A stretch of DNA of 64,000 bases from Chloroflexota bacterium (GTDB lineage Bacteria > Chloroflexota > Dehalococcoidia > UBA2979): the NCBI GenBank assembly GCA_027593235.1, contig JAQCIU010000001.1:103132-167131 (forward strand). The letters run 5' to 3'. Numbering within the stretch: position 1 is the stretch's first letter; every line of letters begins with the position of its first letter. Position numbers and translations under genes: made by a program. Under the pieces are notes generated by a model, which saw only the letters and a list, made by a program, of their open reading frames with translations, was not told where the DNA came from and ran no database searches. Shown here piece after piece: positions 27,675-35,141 of the stretch.

Positions 27675-29048
27675 ATGGACGACGCTGGTGCAGCGCGTAA
27701 GCCCGGCGACCCGGGAGCACCTCCCGCACCGGCGACGGCGCGGGTGCCGGTGCGCGCGATCTCGCTGCTGCTCCCTTCGGCGCTGAACCTGGGCATCGCG
27801 CAACTGCTGGCGCCGGTGTTGAACGCGCTGCTCGCACGCACCTCCGATCCGGAAGCGGCGATTGGCGGCTTCGCCGTTGCGCTGGGCATCAGCGGGTTGA
27901 TCGCGGTGCCGCAGCTCCGTATCCAGCACCTGACGCTCGTGTTCCTCGAGGGCCGGTCGTCGCTGTTGGCGTTGCGCCGCTTCGTCGCTGTGTTTGTCGT
28001 GGCGGTCAGTGCGGTCGCGCTGTTGGTGGCGCTCACGCCGCTGTCCGGCCTGGTGCTCGGCCGCTTGTTCGCCACCGAGGGCAACATCCGCGACGAGGCG
28101 GCGGTGTCGCTCATCGCGCTGATCCCGTTCCCCGCGCTGACCGTCGCGCGCATGCACCTCTACGGAATCGCGCTCCGCTCGGAACGTCCGAGGGTGGTCT
28201 GGGCCGGCACCGTCGGCGGCGCCACGGCGGTGCTCGCCACCGCCTCGGTACTGCTCGCGCTCGGCGTCGATGGCGCGCCGGTCGCCGCGATCGCCGTCAG
28301 CGTCGGCGCGGCCCTCGAGGTCGCAGGGCTGTCGGTGCTGGCGGGCGGCCTCGGATCGGATCGCCTCGTGTCGATCGAGGCGCCCAGCCAGCGCGCCCTG
28401 CTGGTGTTCTTCACGCCGCTGCTATTCGCTGCGTTCCTCCCCGCCGTCAGCACGCCGCTAATCACCGCGACGATCGCGCGCGCGCCTGAGGCGGACGTCT
28501 CGCTGGCCGCCTTCCCGCTCGCGATGAGCGTCTTCACCTTCGTCACGCTGATCGCCGGCGGCGTGCAACCGACAGTGCTCTCGCAGTTCAGCCGCGGCGA
28601 CGATCCTCGCGGCATCCGGCGCTTCGCCGTCATCGTGGGCTTCGTCGCGATGATCGGCGGGTTGCTCGTGGCCTGGGTGCCGCCGCTGACGGAGCTGGTG
28701 ATCGCCGACATGCTCGGCGCGTCCGGTCGGCTGTTCGATCTGTCGGTGGTGGGCCTGCGCGTGCTCTCGTTCCTGCCGCCGCTGCTCACCGTGGAGCAGC
28801 TCTACGCCGCAGTGCTGTTGCACACGAAGCGCACTCGAGCGCTGGTCTGGGTGAACGCCTGGCGCCTGCTCGGGCTGGTTCTCTATGTGGTGCTGGTACT
28901 TCGGCTGACCGACTGGTCAGGGGCGGCGGTGGGCGCCGGCGCGATCTCGTTCACGCTGGCGCTGGAGGCCGTGGTCGCCGTGCTCTACGGCCGAGGGCCG
29001 TTCCTCGGCATGTTGCGGGCGGCGTCTCCGCGGCACCCCTCGCGCTGA
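27675..29048 (+). CDS. Polytopic membrane protein, MOP/MATE-like flippase architecture
   Basis: About 12-14 TM helices. ATG 27675 follows GAGGAG by 5 nt. The family call rests on topology only. Confidence 0.5.
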   Translation: MDDAGAARKPGDPGAPPAPATARVPVRAISLLLPSALNLGIAQLLAPVLNALLARTSDPEAAIGGFAVALGISGLIAVPQLRIQHLTLVFLEGRSSLLALRRFVAVFVVAVSAVALLVALTPLSGLVLGRLFATEGNIRDEAAVSLIALIPFPALTVARMHLYGIALRSERPRVVWAGTVGGATAVLATASVLLALGVDGAPVAAIAVSVGAALEVAGLSVLAGGLGSDRLVSIEAPSQRALLVFFTPLLFAAFLPAVSTPLITATIARAPEADVSLAAFPLAMSVFTFVTLIAGGVQPTVLSQFSRGDDPRGIRRFAVIVGFVAMIGGLLVAWVPPLTELVIADMLGASGRLFDLSVVGLRVLSFLPPLLTVEQLYAAVLLHTKRTRALVWVNAWRLLGLVLYVVLVLRLTDWSGAAVGAGAISFTLALEAVVAVLYGRGPFLGMLRAASPRHPSR

Positions 29049-29054
29049 TCCGCG

Positions 29055-29102
29055 CAAGTGCCATCGAGGGCGGGCAAGCGCCATCGAGGGCGGGCGAGCG
29101 CC
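29055..29102. repeat. 20-bp tandem repeat, about 2.4 copies (caagYgccatcgagggcggg)
   Basis: Read directly: 29055-29074 and 29075-29094 differ at one base, and a partial third copy runs 29095-29102. Confidence 0.85.
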
Positions 29103-29172
29103 GCCGGACGGACGCCGGACCGGCGCGCGGCGCGGTAGGCTCTGGGCCAGGCCCAGCTTCGGGAGGTGGACC

Positions 29173-29772
29173 ATGCGCGTTCGAGGGGTTGCACTCGCCG
29201 GCGGACTCGCCGCCGTCGGCACACTCTGGGCGGCGGTCGCGCGGCGCAGCCGCGGCGGCGACGGCGCTGACGACGAGGATCGCAGCGGGAACGGCCCGCC
29301 CTCGTTCCGATCGCACTTCACCGTGCGCGCCCCGCTCGAGGTGGTCGCCCGCTTCCACGCCGATCCTCGGGCGCTGCTCCGCTTGACCCCGCCGCCGACG
29401 ATCATCCGCGTGCACCGCATGGATCCGCTCGCCGAAGGCTCGGTCAGCGACTTCACGATGTGGGTCGGTCCGCCGATCCACTGGCGTGCCGTCCACAGCG
29501 ACCTCGGCCCGAATGGCTTCACCGATACCCAGGAGCGCGGCCCGATGGCGCGCTGGGTGCACCGCCATTACTACCGCGCACTCGCGCCCGATCGCACCGA
29601 GGTGACCGACGAGATCTGGTACGCCCACCCGGCGGGGTGGCGCGGCCTGCTCACGCGCCTGCTCTTCTCCACCATCCCGCTACGCGGCCTCTTCGCCTAC
29701 CGCTCGTGGGTCACCCGCCGCACCCTCGACTCGCGACGCGACAGCTCGCTGGAGTGGCACGCCTCCGAGTAG
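29173..29772 (+). CDS. SRPBCC (START/polyketide cyclase-like) family protein with N-terminal anchor
   Basis: FTVRAPLEVVARFHADPRALLRLTPP...WRAVH...MARWVHRHYY fits the SRPBCC pattern. Confidence 0.65.
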   Translation: MRVRGVALAGGLAAVGTLWAAVARRSRGGDGADDEDRSGNGPPSFRSHFTVRAPLEVVARFHADPRALLRLTPPPTIIRVHRMDPLAEGSVSDFTMWVGPPIHWRAVHSDLGPNGFTDTQERGPMARWVHRHYYRALAPDRTEVTDEIWYAHPAGWRGLLTRLLFSTIPLRGLFAYRSWVTRRTLDSRRDSSLEWHASE

Positions 29773-29972
29773 CGCCCGATTCGCGGGAGATCCGCGTCAG
29801 GCCGTCACGCCGGGCACGGAGTCGCGCCTCGGCCCCCGCGGAGCTTCGCTCCGAGTCTGTCTAGGTTGTGAAAAAGCTCTTTAGCGAATGGACATAACCT
29901 CACCCATTCCACACCGTGGAAGGAGTATGTTCACCGCGACCCCCGCTCCGCGCGGGGGCCGACGGTCCGGGG

Positions 29973-30263
29973 ATGGATCCCGCGGACCGGTCCTTCCTGG
30001 CGGGGGGACTCGGCAACCAGCACGGATGCGAGTCGGAGGGGAAACACCTCCCGACGGTCACCGGCGTGCACCAATCTCGGTCGGCGTGCGACCTCGATAC
30101 CGTCTGGGACGACCAGTTCGACGAGCAATACACAAGAAGGCCCCGACGTGGCAGCAACCACGTCGAGGCCGGTGCGAGGGGTGCGTCAGCCCGCCCCCAG
30201 TGCAATCACAGATTGTACGCGGGTTCGCGACCTCTTACGGGTCCGAGCCCGCGTGTTCGTTAA
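29973..30263 (+). CDS. Possible small acidic ORF in the leader of the TasA-like cluster
   Basis: Third-position GC is very high from about 29940 to 30130 in this frame only (MDPADRSFLAGGLGNQHGCESEGKHLPTVTGVHQSRSACDLDTVWDDQFDEQY...). There is no good SD and no recognised family. Confidence 0.25.
   Translation: MDPADRSFLAGGLGNQHGCESEGKHLPTVTGVHQSRSACDLDTVWDDQFDEQYTRRPRRGSNHVEAGARGASARPQCNHRLYAGSRPLTGPSPRVR
30217..30260 (+). terminator. Long stem-loop followed by GTTCGTT; possible attenuator/terminator in the leader
   Basis: acgcgggttcg (30217-30227) pairs with cgagcccgcgt (30244-30254), with one G-U pair. An inner gacc/ggtc helix extends it. The downstream T-tract is weak. Confidence 0.3.
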
Positions 30264-30395
30264 CGCGCGCCTCGCAAACCTCGCACCTCGGACGGAGGTG
30301 TACGCGAGGGAGATTCGAGTCCCCGGGGACGACAACGACCGCCCCGGCTGCGAATGCGATCAGACGACGAACACCATTCTTGGAAGGATGGACCT

Positions 30396-30863
30396 GTGCT
30401 CCGGAAACTCTTTGCAACAACCATGGGTGTCGCGCTCACCGGAGCGGCGATCGTCGGTGGCGTCTACGCGTGGGATGCGAGTGCCGGTTCCGGCACACAG
30501 GTGGCCACGGTCGGTACCGCCTCGATCTCAGTGCAGTACACCCCGAGCGCGAACCTGCTCGGTCCGAACGGAACCTCCGTGCTCGTTGGCGATGGCTCCA
30601 TCACCAACGGAGGAAGTTTCCCTGTATCGATCAGCAGCGGATCCGTCGCCATCGATGCGTTGACGAGTAACGCACCGAATGGTCCGGGCACTTGCGTCCT
30701 CGGAGATTTCGCCGGATCAGTCACCGTGACTGATGCTTCAGCAGTGGCACCGACCGCCAGCGGCGGCGGGTTCGACGTCAATGTCCTTACCGGTGCCGGA
30801 GCCGCTGCAGATTGCCAGGGGGACACGGTCGATTACACCGTGACCATCAACGCAACGACGTAG
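30396..30863 (+). CDS. TasA/camelysin-like secreted protein with SipW-type signal peptide (paralog 1)
   Basis: GTG 30396 lies 7 nt after GGAAGGA. The N-terminus MLRKLFATTMGVALTGAAIVGGVYAWDASAG parallels B. subtilis TasA ...LALVGGGTWAAFND. The body is beta-rich and Ser/Thr/Gly-rich. Third-position GC is lower than in neighbouring genes. Confidence 0.65.
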   Translation: MLRKLFATTMGVALTGAAIVGGVYAWDASAGSGTQVATVGTASISVQYTPSANLLGPNGTSVLVGDGSITNGGSFPVSISSGSVAIDALTSNAPNGPGTCVLGDFAGSVTVTDASAVAPTASGGGFDVNVLTGAGAAADCQGDTVDYTVTINATT

Positions 30864-30876
30864 GAGAGGCTTGGAA

Positions 30877-31467
30877 GTGAGTCGGTCGGCGACGCTTCGC
30901 GCGGTCTTCGCTTCCATGTTTCTTCTGGCGTCCGTCGGGGCGTCCTTGGTCGGTGCGGCGTTCGCATGGAGCGCGAACGGCGGTGCGATTGACACCGCGA
31001 GTGTGGGGGCGAACGGCATGATTGTCCTCATCTTCCCCAGCGGTTCGATCGGACCAAACGGGCAAACGGCGACCGTCGCTACCGGACGAATTAAGAACTC
31101 GGGGGATTTCACGCTGGCAATTACCGGCGGCTCCGTAAGCATCGATGGCCTGACTCCGGCAGCTCCGGGCGGCCTCGCCTGTGCTGCCGGAGATTTTTCG
31201 GGGAACGTCATTGCGTTGCCGCCGTCTCACGTTGGACCCGGTTCGGTCAGCATCCCCGATTTCAATGTGGTGATCGCCACGGCGCTCGACCGGCGATCAG
31301 ATCGCCGGGAGACTCTGGCTGCATCTCCCGAATGCCGGCGGTTGGCTCCAGAAGCTACGGGAGCCATTCAACTTCGGGCTGTTGGCGATGGGGATGGCGC
31401 TCGCGGCCGGAGTCGGCGGGACGGAACTGCGGCGGCGACGCCGGAGACGGAGCAGAACAATGCGTGA
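30877..31467 (+). CDS. TasA/camelysin-like secreted protein (paralog 2) with apparent frame switch near 31274-31292
   Basis: GTG 30877 follows GGAGAGG. LLASVGASLVGAAFAWSANGG and the body align with paralog 1 up to DFNVVIATAL. After that, third-position GC collapses in this frame and rises in the +1 frame. Confidence 0.55.
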   Translation: MSRSATLRAVFASMFLLASVGASLVGAAFAWSANGGAIDTASVGANGMIVLIFPSGSIGPNGQTATVATGRIKNSGDFTLAITGGSVSIDGLTPAAPGGLACAAGDFSGNVIALPPSHVGPGSVSIPDFNVVIATALDRRSDRRETLAASPECRRLAPEATGAIQLRAVGDGDGARGRSRRDGTAAATPETEQNNA

Positions 31468-32695
31468 TTCTCAGGAACGATCGGGCGCCCCTGCCGTCGA
31501 TCGCCGCGCGGACGGCGACCAGCGCGGTGGCTGGCGGCGCGATTGGCGGCGCGATTGGCGACGGGAATGGCGCGGCACGGTGCCGATGGCGCTGATGGGC
31601 GTCGTGAGCCTCGGTGCGGTGCTGATCGTCGTGTTCGCGATGCTCGCGTTCACCTCGTTCCGGCGGAGCACGGAGAGCAGCGAGTACGTCGAGCGCCTCC
31701 AGTACCAGCAGGAAGCCTCGATGCACTACGAGGTCACGATGGCGCGTTCGTCGCTGTACCCGGGCGGAGTGTTCCTCCCGCGCGGCCCCGCGCTCGACAC
31801 GGCGGCCTTCCAGGGCGTCGGCTCGACCGCGACCGTCGACAGCTTCTCGACCCGCCTCGCCAGCGACCTCGAGATCGGCATTCACTACGAGCTGGTCAGC
31901 GCGGCGTTCGCCGATCCGGCGGTCGATCCGCAGGCGCTCGCGGGGACGGTCAGCGCCACCCTCGAGATACAGTCCGGGCGCGACGGGTGGATCCAGGTCC
32001 GCCCCTTGATCGGCACGCAGGAGTTCAGCGGTCCGACCGTGGACGCGATCGGGACCGTCAATCTTCGTGGCATCGCCGCGCTCGTCGAGCGGATCGAAGA
32101 GGAAACCGGGATCGTCCCGCCTCAGTATCTGCTCCGCGTGGTCCCGACGATTGAGCTGAGCGGCCCGATCGGTGTCGAGTCGATCCGAGAGGTCTTCAGC
32201 CCCGTCTTCACATTCGCCTATAACTCGACTCAGGTCGCGACCGATGCGCGTCTGGTGCGCGGTGAATCGCGCATCATCGGACAGGACGTCACCTCCCAGG
32301 AGCGGATCAGCTACGCCGGATTCCAGGGCAGCGTGTCGGAGGCCCGTCAGATCGCGACGGCTGGTCTGGCGCTCTCAATCGCCGCCGTGGCCATCGCCGG
32401 AGCGATGCTCCAGTTGGGAATCGGCAGCGACGAGGACTCCCACATCCGCCAGCGATACCGCTCGCGGCTGGTGGCCGTCGCCACCAGCGGCAGCGCGCAC
32501 CCACGTGACACGATCCAGCTCGCCTCGATCCAGGATCTGGCGCGGGTCGCCGACCGCTCCGGCGGGTTGATCCTCTCCGAGCGGGGTCATCGCGGGACCC
32601 GCTACTTCGTGCCCGACGGTGACGAGATCTACGAGTACGAAACCGTCCGCGGCGAACGGCCGAGCAGCCGGGCGGCAGTGCCGGAGGTGCAGTGA
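31460..32695 (+). CDS. Two-TM membrane protein with large external domain and cytoplasmic tail, DUF5305-like architecture
   Basis: ATG 31460 (the track ORF starts at TTG 31382 in the same frame). The layout is an Arg/Trp-rich N-terminus, a TM (MALMGVVSLGAVLIVVFAMLAF), about 270 aa external, a second TM (ATAGLALSIAAVAIAGAMLQL), and the tail ...RYFVPDGDEIYEYE. The family assignment is from memory of topology and context. Confidence 0.55.
   Translation: MRDSQERSGAPAVDRRADGDQRGGWRRDWRRDWRREWRGTVPMALMGVVSLGAVLIVVFAMLAFTSFRRSTESSEYVERLQYQQEASMHYEVTMARSSLYPGGVFLPRGPALDTAAFQGVGSTATVDSFSTRLASDLEIGIHYELVSAAFADPAVDPQALAGTVSATLEIQSGRDGWIQVRPLIGTQEFSGPTVDAIGTVNLRGIAALVERIEEETGIVPPQYLLRVVPTIELSGPIGVESIREVFSPVFTFAYNSTQVATDARLVRGESRIIGQDVTSQERISYAGFQGSVSEARQIATAGLALSIAAVAIAGAMLQLGIGSDEDSHIRQRYRSRLVAVATSGSAHPRDTIQLASIQDLARVADRSGGLILSERGHRGTRYFVPDGDEIYEYETVRGERPSSRAAVPEVQ
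31532..31575 (+). repeat. 12-nt tandem repeat (tggcggcgcgat x2, then diverged copies) encoding WRRD-WRRD-WRRE-WRG
   Basis: Read directly at 31532-31543 and 31544-31555 (identical), followed by tggcgacgggaa and tggcgcggcacg. Confidence 0.8.
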
Positions 32696-33087
32696 TGCGT
32701 CTGTTCTTCGGCGCCGTAGCGCTGGCAGTGGTTGCCGCGGGTGTGGTTGCCGGGGCTGCCGGGCTTCAGATCGCCGGTGGCCCCGGACAGGTGATCAGCG
32801 CCGGCGTGATCGGACACTCGGCGCCGGATCCCCTCGTGCTCGCGGTCGGCGATGACGCCGCCGTGGAGTTGGAGTGGGCTGCGGTGGCGGGCGCGACCTC
32901 GTATCGCCTGCTCCGCTCCGACGGCGGCCCGTTCACCCTCATCGCCACGCTCAGCGTCGGCGATTTCGACGACACGACGGTCGTGCCTGGCGGCAGCTAC
33001 TCGTACCGCGTCTACGCCGTGGGCGCCGATGGCGCGGTGAGCGACGCGCCAGCGGCAGGCAGCATCGCCGTCCCGCTCGAACCCTGA
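32695..33087 (+). CDS. Membrane-anchored fibronectin type III domain protein
   Basis: ATG 32695 overlaps the upstream TGA, with GGAGG 7 nt upstream. There is an N-terminal TM, then VELEWAAVAGATSYRLLRSDGGPF...GGSYSYRVYAVGADG, a classic FN3 pattern. Confidence 0.7.
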   Translation: MRLFFGAVALAVVAAGVVAGAAGLQIAGGPGQVISAGVIGHSAPDPLVLAVGDDAAVELEWAAVAGATSYRLLRSDGGPFTLIATLSVGDFDDTTVVPGGSYSYRVYAVGADGAVSDAPAAGSIAVPLEP

Positions 33088-33166
33088 GTGGCGGCGGCTG
33101 TACCCCGATCACTCCACGGCGGATGAGTCCCAACCGGTCGCGTGCCCTCGGGAAGGGCGTGCGGCG

Positions 33167-34429
33167 CTAGCGGATCGCGCCGGCGGCGCGCAGTTGCGCG
33201 ATCGCCTCGGCGGAGTAGCCGGCGGCTTCCAGTACGGCGTCCGTGTCTCGGCCCAGGGTCGGTGCGGCGCCCTGCGCGGCCGGTGGCGTGACGCTCATCT
33301 TCCACGGCGGCGCAGCCATCTGCTGCGGGCCGGACAGTTCGTGATCCAGGTCGACCATGTACTGGTTCGCCGTCACCTGCGGGTGCGTCGCCAGCTCCTC
33401 CACGAAGTGGACTTTGCTGACCGGGACGCCGTTCTCCTCGAAGACCCGCTCCCAGTGCTCCGAGGTGTTTCCGCGGATCATGTCCTCGACCTGCTCGGTG
33501 ATCGCCGCGTCGGTCATGATCTGCTCGGGGTTGTAGAGGTCGTAGTCGGGCTCGTCGCGGTTGTGCTCGATCTTCAGCGCGGTGCGCACCTTCGCGCGCA
33601 ACGAAGCGGAGAGCGCGCCGATCGCGATCGCGCCGTCCTTCGTCGCGAACGCGCGGTAGTAGATCTGCGGCGTGCGTTCGTGCTGACGCACGAACTCCGC
33701 GTAGTCGACGCCGTCGGCTTCGCGTGTTTCGAGGTCGGCAAGCAGCCGCCCGCGCGTCGCCGCGTCCGCCGCCGGGAGCGACATCGAGGTGCCCTGGATC
33801 GTCAGCGCGTTGATCAGCAGCGACGTCTCCAGCATCTGCCCCTCGCCCGTCTGCGCGCGATGGAACAGCGCCGCGCAGATGCCGAGGGCAAGCGAGTAGC
33901 CGGTGGTGTAGTCGGCGTACGCGCCGCCAACCTTGGGGCTGCCCCGCTCGTCCAGCTTGCCGAGCCCCGCCATCAGGCCAGAAGCCGCCTGCACGACGAT
34001 GTCGTAGCCGGGCCGGTTCGCCCACGGACCTTCGCGGCCGAACGCGGTGTTGTCCGCGTAGATGATGTCTGGCTTGATCGCGCGCACCGCTTCGTAGTCC
34101 AAACCCAGCTTGGCGGGCACGTCCGGGCGGTAGTTGATCACCATGACATCGATCTCTTCGAGCAGCTTGTAGACCACCTGGCGCGCGTCCGGGTGGCCGA
34201 GGTCGATCGCGAGCGAGCGCTTGCCGCGGTTGAGGCCCTGGTAGGTCTTCGACTCCATCGGCAGAAACTGCTGCGTCAGCCGCCACGGCTCCCCGTGCGG
34301 CGGTTCGATCTTGATCACGTCCGCACCCAGGTCCGCGAGGAGCTGGCAGGAGAGGGGGCCGGCGATAATCTGGGTGAAATCGAGGACGCGCACGCCGTTC
34401 AGCGGGCCAGATGCCACGTTGACCTCCAT
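33167..34429 (-). CDS. CaiB/BaiF family (class III) CoA-transferase
   Basis: ATG 34429 gives [44 protein letters not shown], the canonical family N-terminus. Confidence 0.85.
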   Translation of the reverse strand: MEVNVASGPLNGVRVLDFTQIIAGPLSCQLLADLGADVIKIEPPHGEPWRLTQQFLPMESKTYQGLNRGKRSLAIDLGHPDARQVVYKLLEEIDVMVINYRPDVPAKLGLDYEAVRAIKPDIIYADNTAFGREGPWANRPGYDIVVQAASGLMAGLGKLDERGSPKVGGAYADYTTGYSLALGICAALFHRAQTGEGQMLETSLLINALTIQGTSMSLPAADAATRGRLLADLETREADGVDYAEFVRQHERTPQIYYRAFATKDGAIAIGALSASLRAKVRTALKIEHNRDEPDYDLYNPEQIMTDAAITEQVEDMIRGNTSEHWERVFEENGVPVSKVHFVEELATHPQVTANQYMVDLDHELSGPQQMAAPPWKMSVTPPAAQGAAPTLGRDTDAVLEAAGYSAEAIAQLRAAGAIR

Positions 34430-34697
34430 GGTCGATGCTGGGTTCGCCTTGATCGGCGATGCGGTCACGCGGGCTGGGCGGCGCGTGAGCCTGCGGCTCG
34501 GACTGGCCGAATCGTACGGGACGGATGTCAGGTCAAGAGCCGGTTGCCCCCGCTGCCTGAGCACGCGTGGCGGTTTCCGGCCACGGGACCGCCGCGGATG
34601 CGGGTTTGCCGGTTGCCGGAGCCGGGATCGACGGCCATACTCAATATTCGCGTCGGCGGCAGGTTCGTCGCGTTTCCCGAACAGCAGAGAGTCACAG

Positions 34698-35003
34698 ATG
34701 GCCAAGAAGTCCAAGCTCGCGAAGAACGCCCGTCGGGCAGTGCTCGTGGAGCGCTACGCCGAGAAGCGCGCCGAGCTGGTGAAGGTCACGCACGATCCGG
34801 TCGCGTCGCCGGACGACAAGCTCGCCGCGTACGCCAAGCTGGGCAAGATGCCCCGCGACGCCAGCGCCACCCGCTACGTCAACCGCTGCGGCGTCACGGG
34901 CCGTCCTCGTGCATTCATGCGCCGCTTCGGTGTCTCGCGGATCGTCTTCCGCGAACTCGCGAACCAGGGACTGCTCCCGGGCGTGAAGAAGTCGAGCTGG
35001 TAA
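34698..35003 (+). CDS. rpsN: 30S ribosomal protein S14, long (101 aa) non-zinc-ribbon form, stand-alone
   Basis: [27 protein letters not shown]...[43 protein letters not shown]. It has only one Cys, so no CxxC pairs. Confidence 0.9.
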   Translation: MAKKSKLAKNARRAVLVERYAEKRAELVKVTHDPVASPDDKLAAYAKLGKMPRDASATRYVNRCGVTGRPRAFMRRFGVSRIVFRELANQGLLPGVKKSSW

Positions 35004-35043
35004 CCAGCTCGGCCCCCAACCGGGCCGACGACGAGCGCTGAAC

Positions 35044-35069
35044 AGCCCGCCGTCGGCGGGCTTTTTGTT
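35044..35069 (+). terminator. Rho-independent terminator after rpsN
   Basis: agcccgcc (35044-35051) pairs with ggcgggct (35055-35062), followed by TTTTTGTT. Confidence 0.75.
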
Positions 35070-35141
35070 GGCCAAGGCAATCGCCGTTTCGGATCGATCG
35101 AGGCCGCTCGCACGGATCGATCCAGCTCGAGGTAGGACCCA

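Noticed and set aside
30305-30330. A tRNA/tmRNA-like T-arm (gggagATTCGAGtcccc) in the leader of the TasA-like cluster.
   Set aside because: The stem has a mismatch. I could build no acceptor stem, D-arm or anticodon arm around it. No CCA-type 3' end or tmRNA tag reading frame is evident.
30262-30350. Partial resemblance to a c-di-GMP-I (GEMM-I) riboswitch: GCAAACC before a hairpin, and GGGGACGACAACGACC after it.
   Set aside because: The conserved ACGCAAAGCC block is only approximate. An extra insert separates the elements, and the second CCGG...CCGG hairpin is missing. Only a covariance-model search could rescue this.
29888-30670. The 260-aa track ORF spanning the leader and overlapping the first TasA-like gene.
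   Set aside because: Third-position GC is coding-like only for its first ~15 codons. The rest is Arg/Gly/Pro-rich and out of frame with the well-supported TasA-like gene. The AGGAG is only 1 nt from its ATG.
29055-31575. Short tandem repeats (20-bp x2.4 at 29055; 12-nt x4 at 31532) as a possible CRISPR array.
   Set aside because: The units are directly adjacent with no spacers, there are very few copies, one lies inside a coding region, and no cas genes are nearby.
35090-35122. The direct repeat cggatcgatc (x2), containing GATCGATC palindromes, upstream of the MFS gene as an operator.
   Set aside because: The repeat is short and low-complexity. GATC-rich strings are frequent in this sequence, and no adjacent regulator gene supports the idea.
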